This document shows positions 10,003-20,763 of a DNA stretch of 64,000 nt, piece by piece (within the stretch, counting starts at the first letter, position 1; each line of letters opens with the position of its first letter). The stretch comes from an uncultured Gemmatimonadales bacterium. Its GTDB lineage: Bacteria > Gemmatimonadota > Gemmatimonadetes > Longimicrobiales > Gaopeijiaceae. The notes under the pieces were generated by a model, which had not been told where the DNA came from, searched no databases, and worked only from the letters and a program-made list of their open reading frames with translations. The position numbers and the translations under genes were made by a program. The stretch is from the NCBI GenBank assembly GCA_963823035.1, contig CAWGKG010000014.1:608001-672000 (forward strand), written 5' to 3'.

Positions 10003-11007
10003 GGGGGGGCTACGGGGAGGTGATCGAGACGGATCGTGGGGGCCCGGCCCGCATCCCCCAACGCCTTCAACGAGGCGCGGATTCCCGCCTGGATCGAGGC
10101 GCTCAGCCCTTCCCACCCCTCGTCGTGCTCCGGCTGCCGGAGCGCTCCCTCCGTGCCTTTGCGCATGAGGGCGATCCGCCCAGCGAACGTCTCGATCTCC
10201 ACGATGGCGCCACCGCCGCCCACCTCGAGCTGGTGTCGCTCTCCCCCCTTCAACCGCTCCACCTGTCCGTTCAGGTTCGTGACGATCGAGCCGTAGACGG
10301 TGGCGAGGTTGAACGAGGCACCGGTCCCCTCGGGCACGACCATCGTGACCGAGCCGCCGTGCGCTCCGAAGTAGTACGTGCCGCCCTTCACGAGCGTGCC
10401 CTCGTAGTCGATGCGGCCACCCGTCGTGCCCACGTCCACCGACGTGGCCTGGGCGTTCTCGAAGAGGATGTCCCCACCCGCGGACTCCGCGACCACGTCC
10501 CCCTGGACGTTCACGAAGCGGATGTCGTCGGCCGCCGTCTCCGCCTCGATCTTCCCCCGCGCACCCTCCACCAGGACCTTCCCGGTGGTCGAGGACACCT
10601 TCAACGAGCCGGAGCCGCCACGCACGGTCACGTCGCCCTGCATCGTCTCGGCGGACACCTCGCCGGTCACTCCCTCCACCGTGATGTCCGTGTACATCCC
10701 GCTCAGGTCGAGCGCGACCGACCGCGGCACGGAGAGCCGGAAGTCGACGATCGTGGTGGGACCGCGGGTGGCCTCGCGCCTCGATCGACAGCCGCTCGCC
10801 GCCGCGCGTGCGCCTTACGGCCACGTAGCTCCGGTGCGAGTGCTCGGCCTGGACCCGCACCTCGTTCCGGTCCCATCCCGTGACGACGATGCTCCCGCCC
10901 GGACTCTCCACCGACAGCACCTTCGCGTTCTGCAGCGGAAAGACCGTGTCCGTCTGCTGCTGGGCCATCCCGAGGACCATCAGGGCCCCGATCACCATTC
11001 CGTTCAT
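9984..11007 (-). CDS. DUF4097 beta-strand repeat (adhesin-like) protein (frameshift near 10775)
   Basis: Signal peptide, GSIVVTGWDRNEVRV, then repeated V.AET..GDV.V units in the 9984-10730 frame; lies downstream of sigma/anti-sigma. Confidence 0.8.
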
Positions 11008-11019
11008 CGAAATCCTCGA

Positions 11020-11730
11020 TCAGCTTCGGGCCTGGACCGCCGTGGCCGCCTGACCCAGGACACGGAGCTTCGACCTCTGTTGGTTGATGAGCAGGCGAGC
11101 CAGGAGCTCGCTGTTCGGATCCCGCGCCAGCGCCCGGCGGATCTCCTCCATCGCCGCGTCGATCGTCGCGAGGGACGCGTCGAGCGCCTCGAGGGTCTCG
11201 GGAGCGATCCGGTCGCGGTTCCGCGTCACGAGATCCTCGAGCTCCATGAGCGCCGCGTCGTAGGCCACCTCGCCGGAGGCCGCCATACGCGCCGCGGAGC
11301 CGTGATCCTCCAGTGGCGGCGCGGTCGCGATGGGTGCCGCCCCCGACCCACCGGAGAGCGCCAGCCACACGGTGCCGGCCGAGAGGAGCGCCACGAGCAC
11401 GGCCGCGGCCGCGAGCTGGGACACCGTGAAGGAGAGCCGTCGCCGCCTCGGGCTCGCGCCCGGGAAGGGCGGGAAGGGGAGGACCTCCGTGTCGCGCACC
11501 GCCGCCTCGGTCGCCCCGAGCCGCGCCTCGATGCCGGCCCACGTCTGGGTCGGCGCCCCCGCCTCGGACGGAAGGGCATGCAGCGCCGCGACCAGCGCCG
11601 TCAGCCCCTCGTACTCCGACCGGCAGGCCGGGCAGGCCTCCAGATGCGCCTCCTCCCGCTCGGCCACGTCGGGTGGGACGAGCCCGTCGAGAAGGTCGTG
11701 CATCCGCTCTGCGGAAAGGTGCTCGGTCAT
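11020..11730 (-). CDS. zf-HC2 anti-sigma factor
   Basis: HLEACPAC, TM LAAAAVLVALLSAGTVW, helical C-terminus; ATGA overlap with the sigma gene. Confidence 0.85.
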   Translation of the reverse strand: MTEHLSAERMHDLLDGLVPPDVAEREEAHLEACPACRSEYEGLTALVAALHALPSEAGAPTQTWAGIEARLGATEAAVRDTEVLPFPPFPGASPRRRRLSFTVSQLAAAAVLVALLSAGTVWLALSGGSGAAPIATAPPLEDHGSAARMAASGEVAYDAALMELEDLVTRNRDRIAPETLEALDASLATIDAAMEEIRRALARDPNSELLARLLINQQRSKLRVLGQAATAVQARS

Positions 11731-12332
11731 CGGTCCAACGCCTCCTTCACCAGACCCCGGGCCCGGTGGATCTGGGCCTTCACCGTGCCCAGGCTCACCC
11801 CGGTCATCCGGGCGATCTCGTCGTACTTGTATCCCTGCACGTCCCGCAGGACGAGGACCTCCCGCGCCCTGGTCGGCAGCCCCGCGATCGCCCGCTCCAG
11901 ATCCACGCGGGTGCCCGGCATCGCCACCACCGCGGCGCGCGCGTACTGCTCCAGATCCGCTTCGGTGCGCTCGCGCGCCCGCCGACGCCCCTTCGACCTG
12001 CGATCCTGCAGGACGAGGTTCACCGTCAGCCGGTGCAGCCAGGTCGTGAACAGGCTCTCGCCCCGGAAGGAGGCCAGGCGCTGCCACGCTCGCACGTACA
12101 CGTCCTGCACCAGCTCCGACGCCTCGTCGGCGTCGGCGCACATGCGTAGGCATACCGCGTAGATCCGGTCCACCGTGCGTCGGTAGACCTGCTCGAAGGC
12201 CCGGGCGTCGCCCCGCTGGGCGCGAACGACCAGCGTCTCCACGCTCTCCGTGCCCTGCGGGTCTCCCGACGGCTCCATGCGTAGGGCTGGGGCTCCCATG
12301 TCCTCCCGATCGTGCTCGTTACGTTCGGTCAT
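11727..12332 (-). CDS. ECF sigma-70 factor
   Basis: GDARAFEQVY, ELVQDVYVRAWQRLASFRGES.FTTWLHRL, GYKYDEIA..GTVKAQIHRAR; the true start may be a downstream ATG. Confidence 0.93.
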   Translation of the reverse strand: MTERNEHDREDMGAPALRMEPSGDPQGTESVETLVVRAQRGDARAFEQVYRRTVDRIYAVCLRMCADADEASELVQDVYVRAWQRLASFRGESLFTTWLHRLTVNLVLQDRRSKGRRRARERTEADLEQYARAAVVAMPGTRVDLERAIAGLPTRAREVLVLRDVQGYKYDEIARMTGVSLGTVKAQIHRARGLVKEALDR

Positions 12333-12335
12333 CGG

Positions 12336-12366
12336 GTTGGATGCCCGTCGGTTCGCGGATTGTTGG
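12336..12366 (-). promoter_or_regulatory. putative autoregulatory ECF promoter CAAC-N18-CATCCAAC
   Basis: Immediately upstream of the sigma gene; a similar motif occurs at 27146-27175. Confidence 0.45.
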
Positions 12367-12387
12367 AGGCGGCGGTTTCCCAGCAGG

Positions 12388-12828
12388 CTACGTCTTCGGA
12401 CGGGTCGGACGGTCGCGCACGCGCACGACGAAGCGCAGTCCCGACCAGTCGGCGTCCACGGCGCAGATCTTGTTGTCGACGAAACCCATCGACAGCCCGT
12501 GGGCGCGCACGTGCGACGCCTTCAGTGCCGTCGCGAGCGGCGACGACTGCTTGGGCCAGGCGATCCACAGACCTCCGTCCGTGGCCAGCAGGGCGTCGCC
12601 GCGGGCGAATCGCCGGCGCAGCTCCGCCGGGGTGCGCACGAACGCCACTACCACGTCGAAGGGTCCGCGACCCCGCGGGCTCGCGCTCCATCGCACGCCG
12701 GACGGGAGGGGCTCGACCCGATCACGGAACCCGGCGGGGGCCCCCAACACCGCCACCCGGTGGCCGTCACGGATGCCGAGCTTCTTCGCCAGCGGCGTGC
12801 CTGAATACCCCGCGTCTTCCGGACTCAC
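12388..12828 (-). CDS. DUF3052-family protein
   Basis: AGYSGTPLAKKLGI...LWIAWPK...GFVDNKICAVDADWSGLRFV; GTGA overlap with the MarR gene. Confidence 0.8.
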   Translation of the reverse strand: MSPEDAGYSGTPLAKKLGIRDGHRVAVLGAPAGFRDRVEPLPSGVRWSASPRGRGPFDVVVAFVRTPAELRRRFARGDALLATDGGLWIAWPKQSSPLATALKASHVRAHGLSMGFVDNKICAVDADWSGLRFVVRVRDRPTRPKT

Positions 12829-13307
12829 GGTCCTCCTCCTCCCACCTGGGCGTCCACCTCCTCCCGCGCACGCCGCACGAGCGCGTCGGCCGCATCGGCC
12901 AGCAGCCCGAGACCGCGAAGCACCTCCCGCCGATGCGCGGGGGACAAGATGGCGAGTGCGTGCGCGATGCGCTCGGGGTCGAAATCGGTGCGCGCGTCCC
13001 GAACCCGTCCCCCCGCCTCCGTGAGGCGCACGTTGGTCACCCGCCGGTCCTCGGGATCGCGGTCGCGCCGCACCCATCCCTCGAGCTCCATCCGCTTCAA
13101 CGTGAGCGACATCGTCGAGGCGGTCACCCCCAGATGGTCCGCCAACTCCCCCACCATGGCGGGGTCCTCCTCGTCGAGGTGGGCAAGGATCTCGGCGCGC
13201 CGGGCGCTCACCTGCCCGCCTCCGTCGAGCGGATCGCGGACGCTGCGCGCCCGGAAGACGGAGCGGACGCGGGCCAGCGCGTGGAGCACGAGGTCGAGGT
13301 CGGCCAT
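12825..13307 (-). CDS. MarR family transcriptional regulator
   Basis: ELADHLGVTASTMSLTLKRME..GWVRRDRDPEDRR..VRLTEAG. Confidence 0.9.
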   Translation of the reverse strand: MADLDLVLHALARVRSVFRARSVRDPLDGGGQVSARRAEILAHLDEEDPAMVGELADHLGVTASTMSLTLKRMELEGWVRRDRDPEDRRVTNVRLTEAGGRVRDARTDFDPERIAHALAILSPAHRREVLRGLGLLADAADALVRRAREEVDAQVGGGGP

Positions 13308-13314
13308 GATGCGC

Positions 13315-13358
13315 AATATATTAGTTTGATGTGTCACATCAATATGTCATGGATGACA
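13315..13358 (-). promoter_or_regulatory. sigma70-like promoter with two palindromic operators (MarR)
   Basis: TTGATGTG-T-CACATCAA 13326-13342 and TGTCAT-GG-ATGACA 13345-13358; minus strand TTGATG-N16-TATATT-N7-ATG. Confidence 0.65.
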
Positions 13359-13397
13359 CACCGGTCTTCGAGTGTCCGTTGCGAAACGCTCGAGTCC

Positions 13398-16110
13398 TCA
13401 GTCGAAGCGTAGCGCCTCCTGGGGGCTCACCGCGCTCGCCCGCCGAGCGGGGATCCAGCACGCGGCGAAGGCCACCACGAGGAGCGCCCCGCTCACGACT
13501 CCGTACGTCAGAGGGTCCCTCGGCGAGATCCCGAACAGGAGGGTGGCGAGCACCTGCCCGGTGACCAGCGCCGTCAGGATGCCGACCACGAGGGCGACGA
13601 CGACGAGGGACATCCCCTGCCCCACCACGAGCTTGAGGATCGAGTCCCGCTTCGCGCCGAGCGCCATGCGGATCCCGATCTCGCGCGTGCGCTGCGCCAC
13701 CGAATAGGAGAGCACCCCGTAGATCCCCACGGCCGCGAGCGCGAGGGCTATGCCCGCGAACACCAACTGCAGGAACATGCTGAAGCGCTGGCTCGCGGTC
13801 GACTCGCGCATCGTCCGCTCCATGGTGGTCACCCGGTACACCGGGAGGTTCGGATCGAGGGTCCGCACCTCCGAGCGCACCGCGCCGACCAGGCTGAGCG
13901 GATCGACGCCGGAGCGGAGCAGCACGGTCATCGCCCGGATCGGGTTCCACGTCCTGGGACTCTGCGCGTGCAGGAGGTAGAGCTGCGCCCTCGGCGCCTG
14001 GTCGAGCGCCTCCTGGCGAACCGCGCCCACGATGCCGACGATGCGCGCGTACTCACGGTCCCCCGGCTGGCGGATCCGCTCGCCGATCGCATCGGACGGA
14101 TCGGTGAAGAAGCGTCGGGCCAGCTCCTGATCGACGACCGCCACCGCCTCCGACTCGGCGTCGTCCGTGCGGTCGAAGACCCGTCCCTGGAGGAGAGGGA
14201 TCCCCATCGCGTCGAAATAGCCCGCGGACACCACCTGGATGTCCGCGTTCATCGGCGGATCGTCCTCGCTGGTCGCCCGCTTCTCGAACTCGATGTCGTT
14301 CGGCGGCAGGCTTCCGGTGAGCGGCGCCGTGCGCACCATCCCGAGCGCGCTGACCCCCGGCAGCGCCGCCAGGCGCGGCGTGAGGTCGCGGTAGAACCCC
14401 ACCACGTCGGAGGCCTCCGGGTAGTTGGCCGACGGCAGGCTCAGGGACACCGCCAGCACCCGATCGGCGTGGAAGCCGGGATCGACGGCACGCAATCGCC
14501 AGAAGCTCTGGACGAGCAGCCCCGCCGCGATCAGGAGGACCACGGCCAGAGACGTCTGGCTGATCACCAGGAGCTGCCGGGAACGGAAGCGCCCTCGCCC
14601 GGCGGTCCCCCCTCGTCCTTCCTCGCGCAACTTCCCCTGCACGTTCATGCGCAACGTCTGCAGCGCAGGAGCGAGCCCGAAGAGCAGGCCCGAGAGAAGC
14701 GCCACTCCCGCCGAGAACGCGAGGACGGTGCCGTTCAGGCGGATGCCGTCGGTGCGCGGAAGGTCCGGCGGCGCCAGGGAGAGGAGAGCGCCGAGACCCA
14801 GGCGGGCGAGGAGCATTCCGGCCGCTCCGCCCAGCAGCGCGATGACCGAGCTCTCCGTCAGGAGCTGACGCACGATGCGCGCGCGTCCCGCGCCCATGGC
14901 TGCCCGGATCGACACCTCGCGCAGGCGTCCCTCGCCGCGCACCAGGAGGAGGTTCGCGACGTTCGCGCAGGCGATCAGGAGCACGATGCCGACCGCGCCG
15001 AGCATGACCACCAGCGAGGCGCGCACGTCGCCCACCATCTGCTCGTGGAGGGGCCGCAGGAAGGCCGGGTGTCCCTGGTGGCTCCAGTTGTGCCCCAGCG
15101 ACTCGTCCGCCTCCCACCGGTCCATGAGCGCGGACAGCTCCGTGGAGGCCTGGTCGAGCGTCACGCCGGGCTTCAGCCGCCCCAGGAGGTTCGCGAAGTG
15201 GCTCGCACGCCCCGGGGGGTTGGCCGGGATCGATGCCCACGGGGATCCACGCCTGCGTGTCGCGGTCGGGGAAGGCGAACCCCGCGGGCATCACGCCGAG
15301 CACCCGGATCGGCCTTCCGTCCAGCTCGACGGTGCCGCCGACGATCGACGGGTCGGACCCGAAGCGACGCTCCCAGAGACCGTGGCTGAGGACCACCACG
15401 TCGTCGCGGCCGTCCACGTCCTCCTCCGCACCGAACGTGCGGCCGAGCACGGGCTCGACGCCGAGCACGCGGAAGAGCGTCCACGAGCAGTAGACCACGT
15501 CCATACGCTCCGGGTTGTCGCCCCCGGTGACCGTGCGCTGCGTGCGCCCCCACAGGCCCAGCTCCTCCCACGAGCGCGACTGTGTCCGGTAGTCGTCGTA
15601 CTCCGGCCAGGAGGCCGGGAACTCCATCAGGTCCATCGTCGGGAACTGCGTCCACACCACCGTGAGCCGGTCCGGCTGCGGGTAGGGCAACGGCCGCAGC
15701 AGGACCCCGTCCACCACGCTGAACACGGCCGTGTTCGCGCCGATGCCCAGCGCGAGCGTCACCACGAGCACCACCGCGAAGCCCGGCCGCCGGGCCAGCT
15801 GCCGGAGCGCGTACTTGAGATCTTGAACGAGGTCCTCCATGATCCTCTCCCCCCTCGATTCGTCCTCAGCCCGATCCGCCGCCCATGACGATAGACGGGG
15901 ACCCACTCCCTCCGTCCGCTCGGTCCACGCCGAATGCGCGACGTCCCAGCACGCTCCGACCCAGAGCCGGAGGCGCGCCGCAAAGCCCCGGCGCGCCCTC
16001 CACATCCCTTCGAAGACGCGCACCATCTCCTCCGCGTGCCGCTCCCGGAAGGACTCCGGAAGGAGGCGTAGAAGCGCGCGGTAGACGCGGACGGCACGCG
16101 CCTGCTTCAT
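13398..16110 (-). CDS. ABC transporter permease, duplicated MacB/FtsX (ADOP type); frameshift near 15215
   Basis: YRALLRLLP.SFRERH prefix, QDLKYALRQL, LALGIGANTAVFS, LLIACANVANLLL, QRTREIGIRMALGA; break at the CCCCGGGGGG run. Confidence 0.92.
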
Positions 16111-16427
16111 CCGCCGTCCGCGGTGCCGAGCGTGGCCCGCGCCCTTCCGAGCACGGCCTCGAGCCGCCGGGTCTCCTCCTCCACCACCCGGCGCCCCTCG
16201 GGCGTCAGGTCGTAGAAGCGCCAGCGCACCTGGTCCTTCGGCACGTCGTCCGGCTCCACCTCGCGGATCCACCCTTCCGCGCCCAGGTCGTCGAGCGCCC
16301 CGTAGAGCTGCGCCGGATACAGCGTGACCGTGCCGTCGCTGTCCTCGTCGACGCGCCTGCGGATCTCCGCGCCATGGAGCGCGCCGCGCGCGAGGGCGAG
16401 GAGGATGTGGTAGCGGTAGCGTTTCAT
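16107..16427 (-). CDS. PadR family transcriptional regulator
   Basis: HILLALARGALHGAEI...LYGALDDL..GWI...RFYDLTPEGRR; ATGA coupling to the permease. Confidence 0.88.
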   Translation of the reverse strand: MKRYRYHILLALARGALHGAEIRRRVDEDSDGTVTLYPAQLYGALDDLGAEGWIREVEPDDVPKDQVRWRFYDLTPEGRRVVEEETRRLEAVLGRARATLGTADGG

Positions 16428-16597
16428 GGTCGACCTGTGCGTCGGGTGAGAGAGGCCGGATCGCCGCCGACTCCACCTTCGACGACACGGCCGATGCAAA
16501 AGTTTCATACTATGATTTCATATCATCGAACGCAACGTACGGCCTGGAAGTTGCCCCAACCTCGCCGATGCCCCCTCTGCGACCGAAGGCCCATCCG

Positions 16598-17340
16598 ATG
16601 GTGAACTCCCACCTCCGCCACGTCGTGGAGCACCTGGAGCGCGTGCGCTCCGGCCACACCGTCACGCCCAACCCCGACGCCGTCTTCCTCGGTGGCGAAG
16701 ACGGAGAGCACTTCTGGGAGCTGGTGGGGATGCGCCTGGTGGGGTGCCCGGTGGTCGTCCTGGCGGCGCTCCGCTTCCGCCGCCACGAGCTCCCGGGCAT
16801 CGAGCACGCCCGTGAGTCGCTGGCGACGTACCTCTTCCCGCCTCCGGCGCCCCGCGACGCGGAGGACCGCGGCATGATCTCGGCCCTTCTTCCCAACGCG
16901 AGGGAGCGGATCCCCGCCTTCCTGTCCGGGCTGCGCGCCGGCCGGTCCGTGGCCCCGGTGTACCTGGACCCGTCCCACATCGAGGTGGCGTTCGACTTCC
17001 GTATGCACAACCCGTGGGCGCTGGAAGCGGTGCGGCGCGCGGTGGGTCCGCTGCGCACGTTCGTCTTCCGCACGCGCGACGGCCACCTCCTCGGGGACAA
17101 TCCCTCGCCGTGCGAGGCTCCGAGGGCTTCGTGGCGATCCAGGCCCCGGTCCAGCTCCTGGGCGCCGGGGCGATGGCGCTCCCGACGCTGATCGTGCGCC
17201 GCTCCTACCTGGGGCTGATGGTCGACGTCACGGACGAGGGTCCACGACTCGCGGCGCAGAACTGGCTCCCGTTCCTGCCTTCCACCGCGTCGCAGAAGAG
17301 CATCCTGCCCCTCCCCGGCTACCAGCCTTCAGTCACGTAG
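16598..17340 (+). CDS. hypothetical protein (probable frameshift near 17100)
   Basis: Protein-like composition in the 16568-17191 frame up to GHLLGD, continuing in the 17014-17340 frame. Confidence 0.55.
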
Positions 17341-19749
17341 CGCCGCGACCGGGTGGATTCCGCTCGCCCTGTGCGCCGGAAGCCAGGTGGCCACGGTGGC
17401 GACGATGGAGAGCGCCACCACCACCCCGCCGGCCCAGGTGAGGCCGGACCGCGCCTCGAAGAGGTCGAGCGCGCCCGCGGCGCGGGTGTACATGAGCCAG
17501 GCCAAGGGTAGCCCCAGGAGCATCCCGGCCCCCGCGAGCGTGAGGCCGCTCCGGGTCACCATCCCGACCACCGAGCCGCGCCCGGCGCCCAACGCCATGC
17601 GGATCCCGATCTCGCGCTGCTGCTGCGTGACCGCGTGGGCCATCACGCCGTAGATCCCGAGGGCCGCCAGGAGGAGCGCGACCACGCCCATGACACCCAG
17701 GAACTGCGAGATCGTCCGCGGGCCGGCCAACGACTCCGCCACGAAGGCGTCCAGCGTCTGCACGTGGGCCACGGGCTGATCCGGGTCGACCGACCAGACG
17801 GCGTGGCGTACGTCGCCGGCCACGGACGTCGGATCGCCCGCCACGCGCACGGCGAAGCTCGGCGCGCGGGGTGGGTGCTGCGCGAGCGGGACGTACACGG
17901 CTTCCCCTCGGTCCCCGGCCAGCTGGATCCGCTCCTGGACGATGTCTGCCGCGACGCCGACGATGACGCGCGGCGCGTCCTCACCCGCCAGGGTGATGGC
18001 GCGCCCGAGCGGGTCCGTCCCGTCGAACTCCCTGCGCACGAACGCCTGGCTGACCACCACGACCGGCTGTCCGTCGTCGCGGTCCGTGTCCTCGATGCCG
18101 CGGCCCTGCACGATCGGGACCTCGAGCACCTGGAAGTAGCTCGGGGTCACCGCCTGCAGGCCCGCCGTCGGCTGCTCGCCCTCCTCGGGCACGGGCCGCC
18201 CCTCCACCGTGTAGCGCGTGAACGGGTTGTTCCTTCCGCGCGGCAGGCTGGACATGGCGGTCACGCCCCGCGCGCCCGGCATCGCCTCCAGGGAGGCGAT
18301 GAGCTCGTCCTCGTACGTGCGCAGGGCGTCGGAGTCGGCGTAGCGGTCCTCCGGCGCGGTGAGTTCGAACGTCAGCAGTCCCTCCTGGCGGAAGCCCGGA
18401 TCCGTGGAGGTGAGGCTGTGGAACGCCTCGATCAGGAAGCCCGCGCCGGTGAGCAGCGCCAGAGCCACCGCGAACTCCCCGACGACGAAGACGTTGCGCA
18501 TGCGCCTGCGGCGGCGGCTGGCCGTGCCGCCGCGGCTCCCCTCGCCCAGCGCCTCGCGCAGGTCGCCGCGCACGGTGTGGAACGCCGGCGCGAGCCCGAA
18601 CACCACACCGGCGAGCACGGACACCACCAGCGTCGCGGCGAGGACCTTCGGGTCCAGCCTCGGCGACATCGCCGCCGGGAGCTCCGCGGGCATCGCGTTC
18701 TGGATCCAACGGACCACGACCACGGAGAGCGCGACGCCGATGGCGCCGGCCCCCACCCCGAGCGTGACGCTCTCGGTGAGGAGCTGCCGCAGGATCCGCC
18801 CGCGGTGGGCACCGAGCGCCGTGCGCACGGCGACCTCCTTCTGACGCTCCTCCGCCCGACCGAGCAGGAGGTTCGCGACGTTCGCGCAAGCGATCAGAAG
18901 GCCGAACAGCGTCACGGCGGCCAGGATCGTCACGAGCTTCTGGTCCGTCTCACCCGGGAAGAAGTCACGGGCGCCAACGGCGCGCACCTCCATGCCGCGG
19001 GTGGCCTCGGCGTGGGCCGCGGCGCTGCGCGCCCACACGTCGTCCAACTCGCTCTGTGCCCGCTCGACGGTGGCGCCCGGGGCCAGTCGCGCGAAGGCGA
19101 TGTAGTCCCGGGAACGATGATCCTCCCGACGATCGGCGAAGTCCGTCGGGCGGAACACGTCGACGTTGGCCGGAATCATGTCGAACGACTCGGGCATCAC
19201 CCCGATCACCGTGTAGGTCGAGCCGCTCAGCGTGACCGTACGGCCGAGCACGTCTGGATCGGAGAGGAAGCGACGCGCCCAGAAGTCGTGCTCCAGGACG
19301 ACCACCCGCCCCACGCCCTCCACGCCCTCCTCGGCCCGGAAGCCCCGTCCCAGCGCGGGCTGCACGCCGAGGACGTCGAAGAGGTTCGGCGTGGACTCGA
19401 CCACGTTCACCTGCTCCGGAACGTCGACGCCCGTGAGGTTCGCGGCCTCGACGCCGTAGAGGGTGATGCCGTCGAAGGCGCCGACGCCCTCCTCGTAGTC
19501 GCGGAAGCTGCCGACCGACGGGCCGCCGAACTCCTCGAGGACCTGGCCCTGGCGCCCCTCCCGAACGAGGACGAGCCCGTCCTGGTCGTGATAGGGGAGC
19601 GGCTCGAACACGAAGCCGTTGACGAGCGCGAAGATGCTCGCGTTCGCCGCGATACCCACCGCCAACGACAGCGCTGCGACCGCGCTCACGACGGGCGTCC
19701 GCGCGAGCATGCGCAGGCCGTACCGCAGGTCCTGGAGCAACGTGGCCAT
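17329..19749 (-). CDS. ABC transporter permease, duplicated MacB/FtsX (ADOP type)
   Basis: MATLLQDLRYGLRML, LLIACANVANLLL, REIGIRMALGA; RBS GGAGGG. Confidence 0.93.
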   Translation of the reverse strand: MATLLQDLRYGLRMLARTPVVSAVAALSLAVGIAANASIFALVNGFVFEPLPYHDQDGLVLVREGRQGQVLEEFGGPSVGSFRDYEEGVGAFDGITLYGVEAANLTGVDVPEQVNVVESTPNLFDVLGVQPALGRGFRAEEGVEGVGRVVVLEHDFWARRFLSDPDVLGRTVTLSGSTYTVIGVMPESFDMIPANVDVFRPTDFADRREDHRSRDYIAFARLAPGATVERAQSELDDVWARSAAAHAEATRGMEVRAVGARDFFPGETDQKLVTILAAVTLFGLLIACANVANLLLGRAEERQKEVAVRTALGAHRGRILRQLLTESVTLGVGAGAIGVALSVVVVRWIQNAMPAELPAAMSPRLDPKVLAATLVVSVLAGVVFGLAPAFHTVRGDLREALGEGSRGGTASRRRRRMRNVFVVGEFAVALALLTGAGFLIEAFHSLTSTDPGFRQEGLLTFELTAPEDRYADSDALRTYEDELIASLEAMPGARGVTAMSSLPRGRNNPFTRYTVEGRPVPEEGEQPTAGLQAVTPSYFQVLEVPIVQGRGIEDTDRDDGQPVVVVSQAFVRREFDGTDPLGRAITLAGEDAPRVIVGVAADIVQERIQLAGDRGEAVYVPLAQHPPRAPSFAVRVAGDPTSVAGDVRHAVWSVDPDQPVAHVQTLDAFVAESLAGPRTISQFLGVMGVVALLLAALGIYGVMAHAVTQQQREIGIRMALGAGRGSVVGMVTRSGLTLAGAGMLLGLPLAWLMYTRAAGALDLFEARSGLTWAGGVVVALSIVATVATWLPAHRASGIHPVAALRD

Positions 19750-19803
19750 CCCCTCCCTCCTCTCCGACTCCCCAAGCTTCGCGTCCATCCGACGCACAGG
19801 GCG

Positions 19804-19832
19804 CCCTACGGGGCACGCTCGGGGACGGTTTC
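19804..19832 (-). promoter_or_regulatory. ECF-type promoter GAAAC-N17-CGTAGGG
   Basis: About 55 nt upstream of the permease start; same motif at 26766-26795 and 47056-47084. Confidence 0.65.
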
Positions 19833-19948
19833 GGCGGCGGAGGCGGAGCCGGTCGATCCTTCCGGCCACGGCCCCCGGACGGCTTAGGTTAGCGACCCCC
19901 GGCGCGGGTGTGTCCGCGCCATCGCCCATCCGTGGGAAGCGGACGGAC

Positions 19949-20713
19949 ATGGACTGGATCACCCGGCCTGACGCCTGGATCGCCCTGGCGACGCTCACGG
20001 TGCTCGAGATCGTCCTCGGCATCGACAACATCGTCTTCATCTCGATCCTCGCGGACCGGGTGAAGCCGGAGCTGCGTGCACGCGCTCGCCAGACAGGGCT
20101 GCTCCTGGCGATGCTCACGCGCATCGCGCTGCTGGTGTCGATCGTCGGCATCATGAAGCTGACGCGGCCGCTCTTCACCGCGTTCGGCCTCGCGCTCTCG
20201 GGGCGGGACCTGATCCTGATGGTCGGCGGGGTCTTCCTCCTCTTCAAGTCGACGCGCGAGATCCACGACAAGCTCGAGGGGGAGAGCGGCGAGGGGGCCG
20301 AGGAGCGCGCCAGCCCCTTCGTCGCCGTGATCGTACAGATCGCGCTGCTGGACATCGTCTTCTCGCTGGACTCCGTGATCACGGCCGTGGGCGTCGCCGA
20401 CCACCTGGCGGTGATGATCATCGCCGTGGTGATCGCGGTCGGCTTCATGATGCTCGCCGCGGGAAGCGTGAGCCGCTTCGTCAACCAGCACCCGACCGTG
20501 AAGATGCTGGCGCTCTCCTTCCTCCTCCTGATCGGGATGGCGCTCATCGCCGAGGGGATGCACCAGGAGATCCCGAAGGGCTACATCTACTTCGCGATGG
20601 GCTTCTCGATCTTCGTGGAGATGCTCAACCTGAGGGTCGCGAAGGGCCGTCGGGGCCCGGTCAGGCTGCGCGGACCTCGACTCGAGGACCCGGGGAAGGA
20701 CGCGGCCCGGTAG
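19949..20713 (+). CDS. TerC family integral membrane protein
   Basis: LEIVLGIDNIVFISI, DIVFSLDSVITAVG, IPKGYIYFAMGFS. Confidence 0.93.
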   Translation: MDWITRPDAWIALATLTVLEIVLGIDNIVFISILADRVKPELRARARQTGLLLAMLTRIALLVSIVGIMKLTRPLFTAFGLALSGRDLILMVGGVFLLFKSTREIHDKLEGESGEGAEERASPFVAVIVQIALLDIVFSLDSVITAVGVADHLAVMIIAVVIAVGFMMLAAGSVSRFVNQHPTVKMLALSFLLLIGMALIAEGMHQEIPKGYIYFAMGFSIFVEMLNLRVAKGRRGPVRLRGPRLEDPGKDAAR

Positions 20714-20763
20714 CGGGGCGCGGGTCACGGATCACGCGGTGTCCCTCGCGTCCGCCTGCCGCC

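Noticed and set aside
15205..15225. Programmed frameshift or phase variation at the CCCCGGGGGG run
   Set aside because: No slippery heptamer with a stimulator; many similar breaks elsewhere point to sequencing error
19750..19948. yybP-ykoY (Mn) riboswitch upstream of the TerC gene
   Set aside because: No recognisable conserved loops; the space is taken by divergent promoter elements
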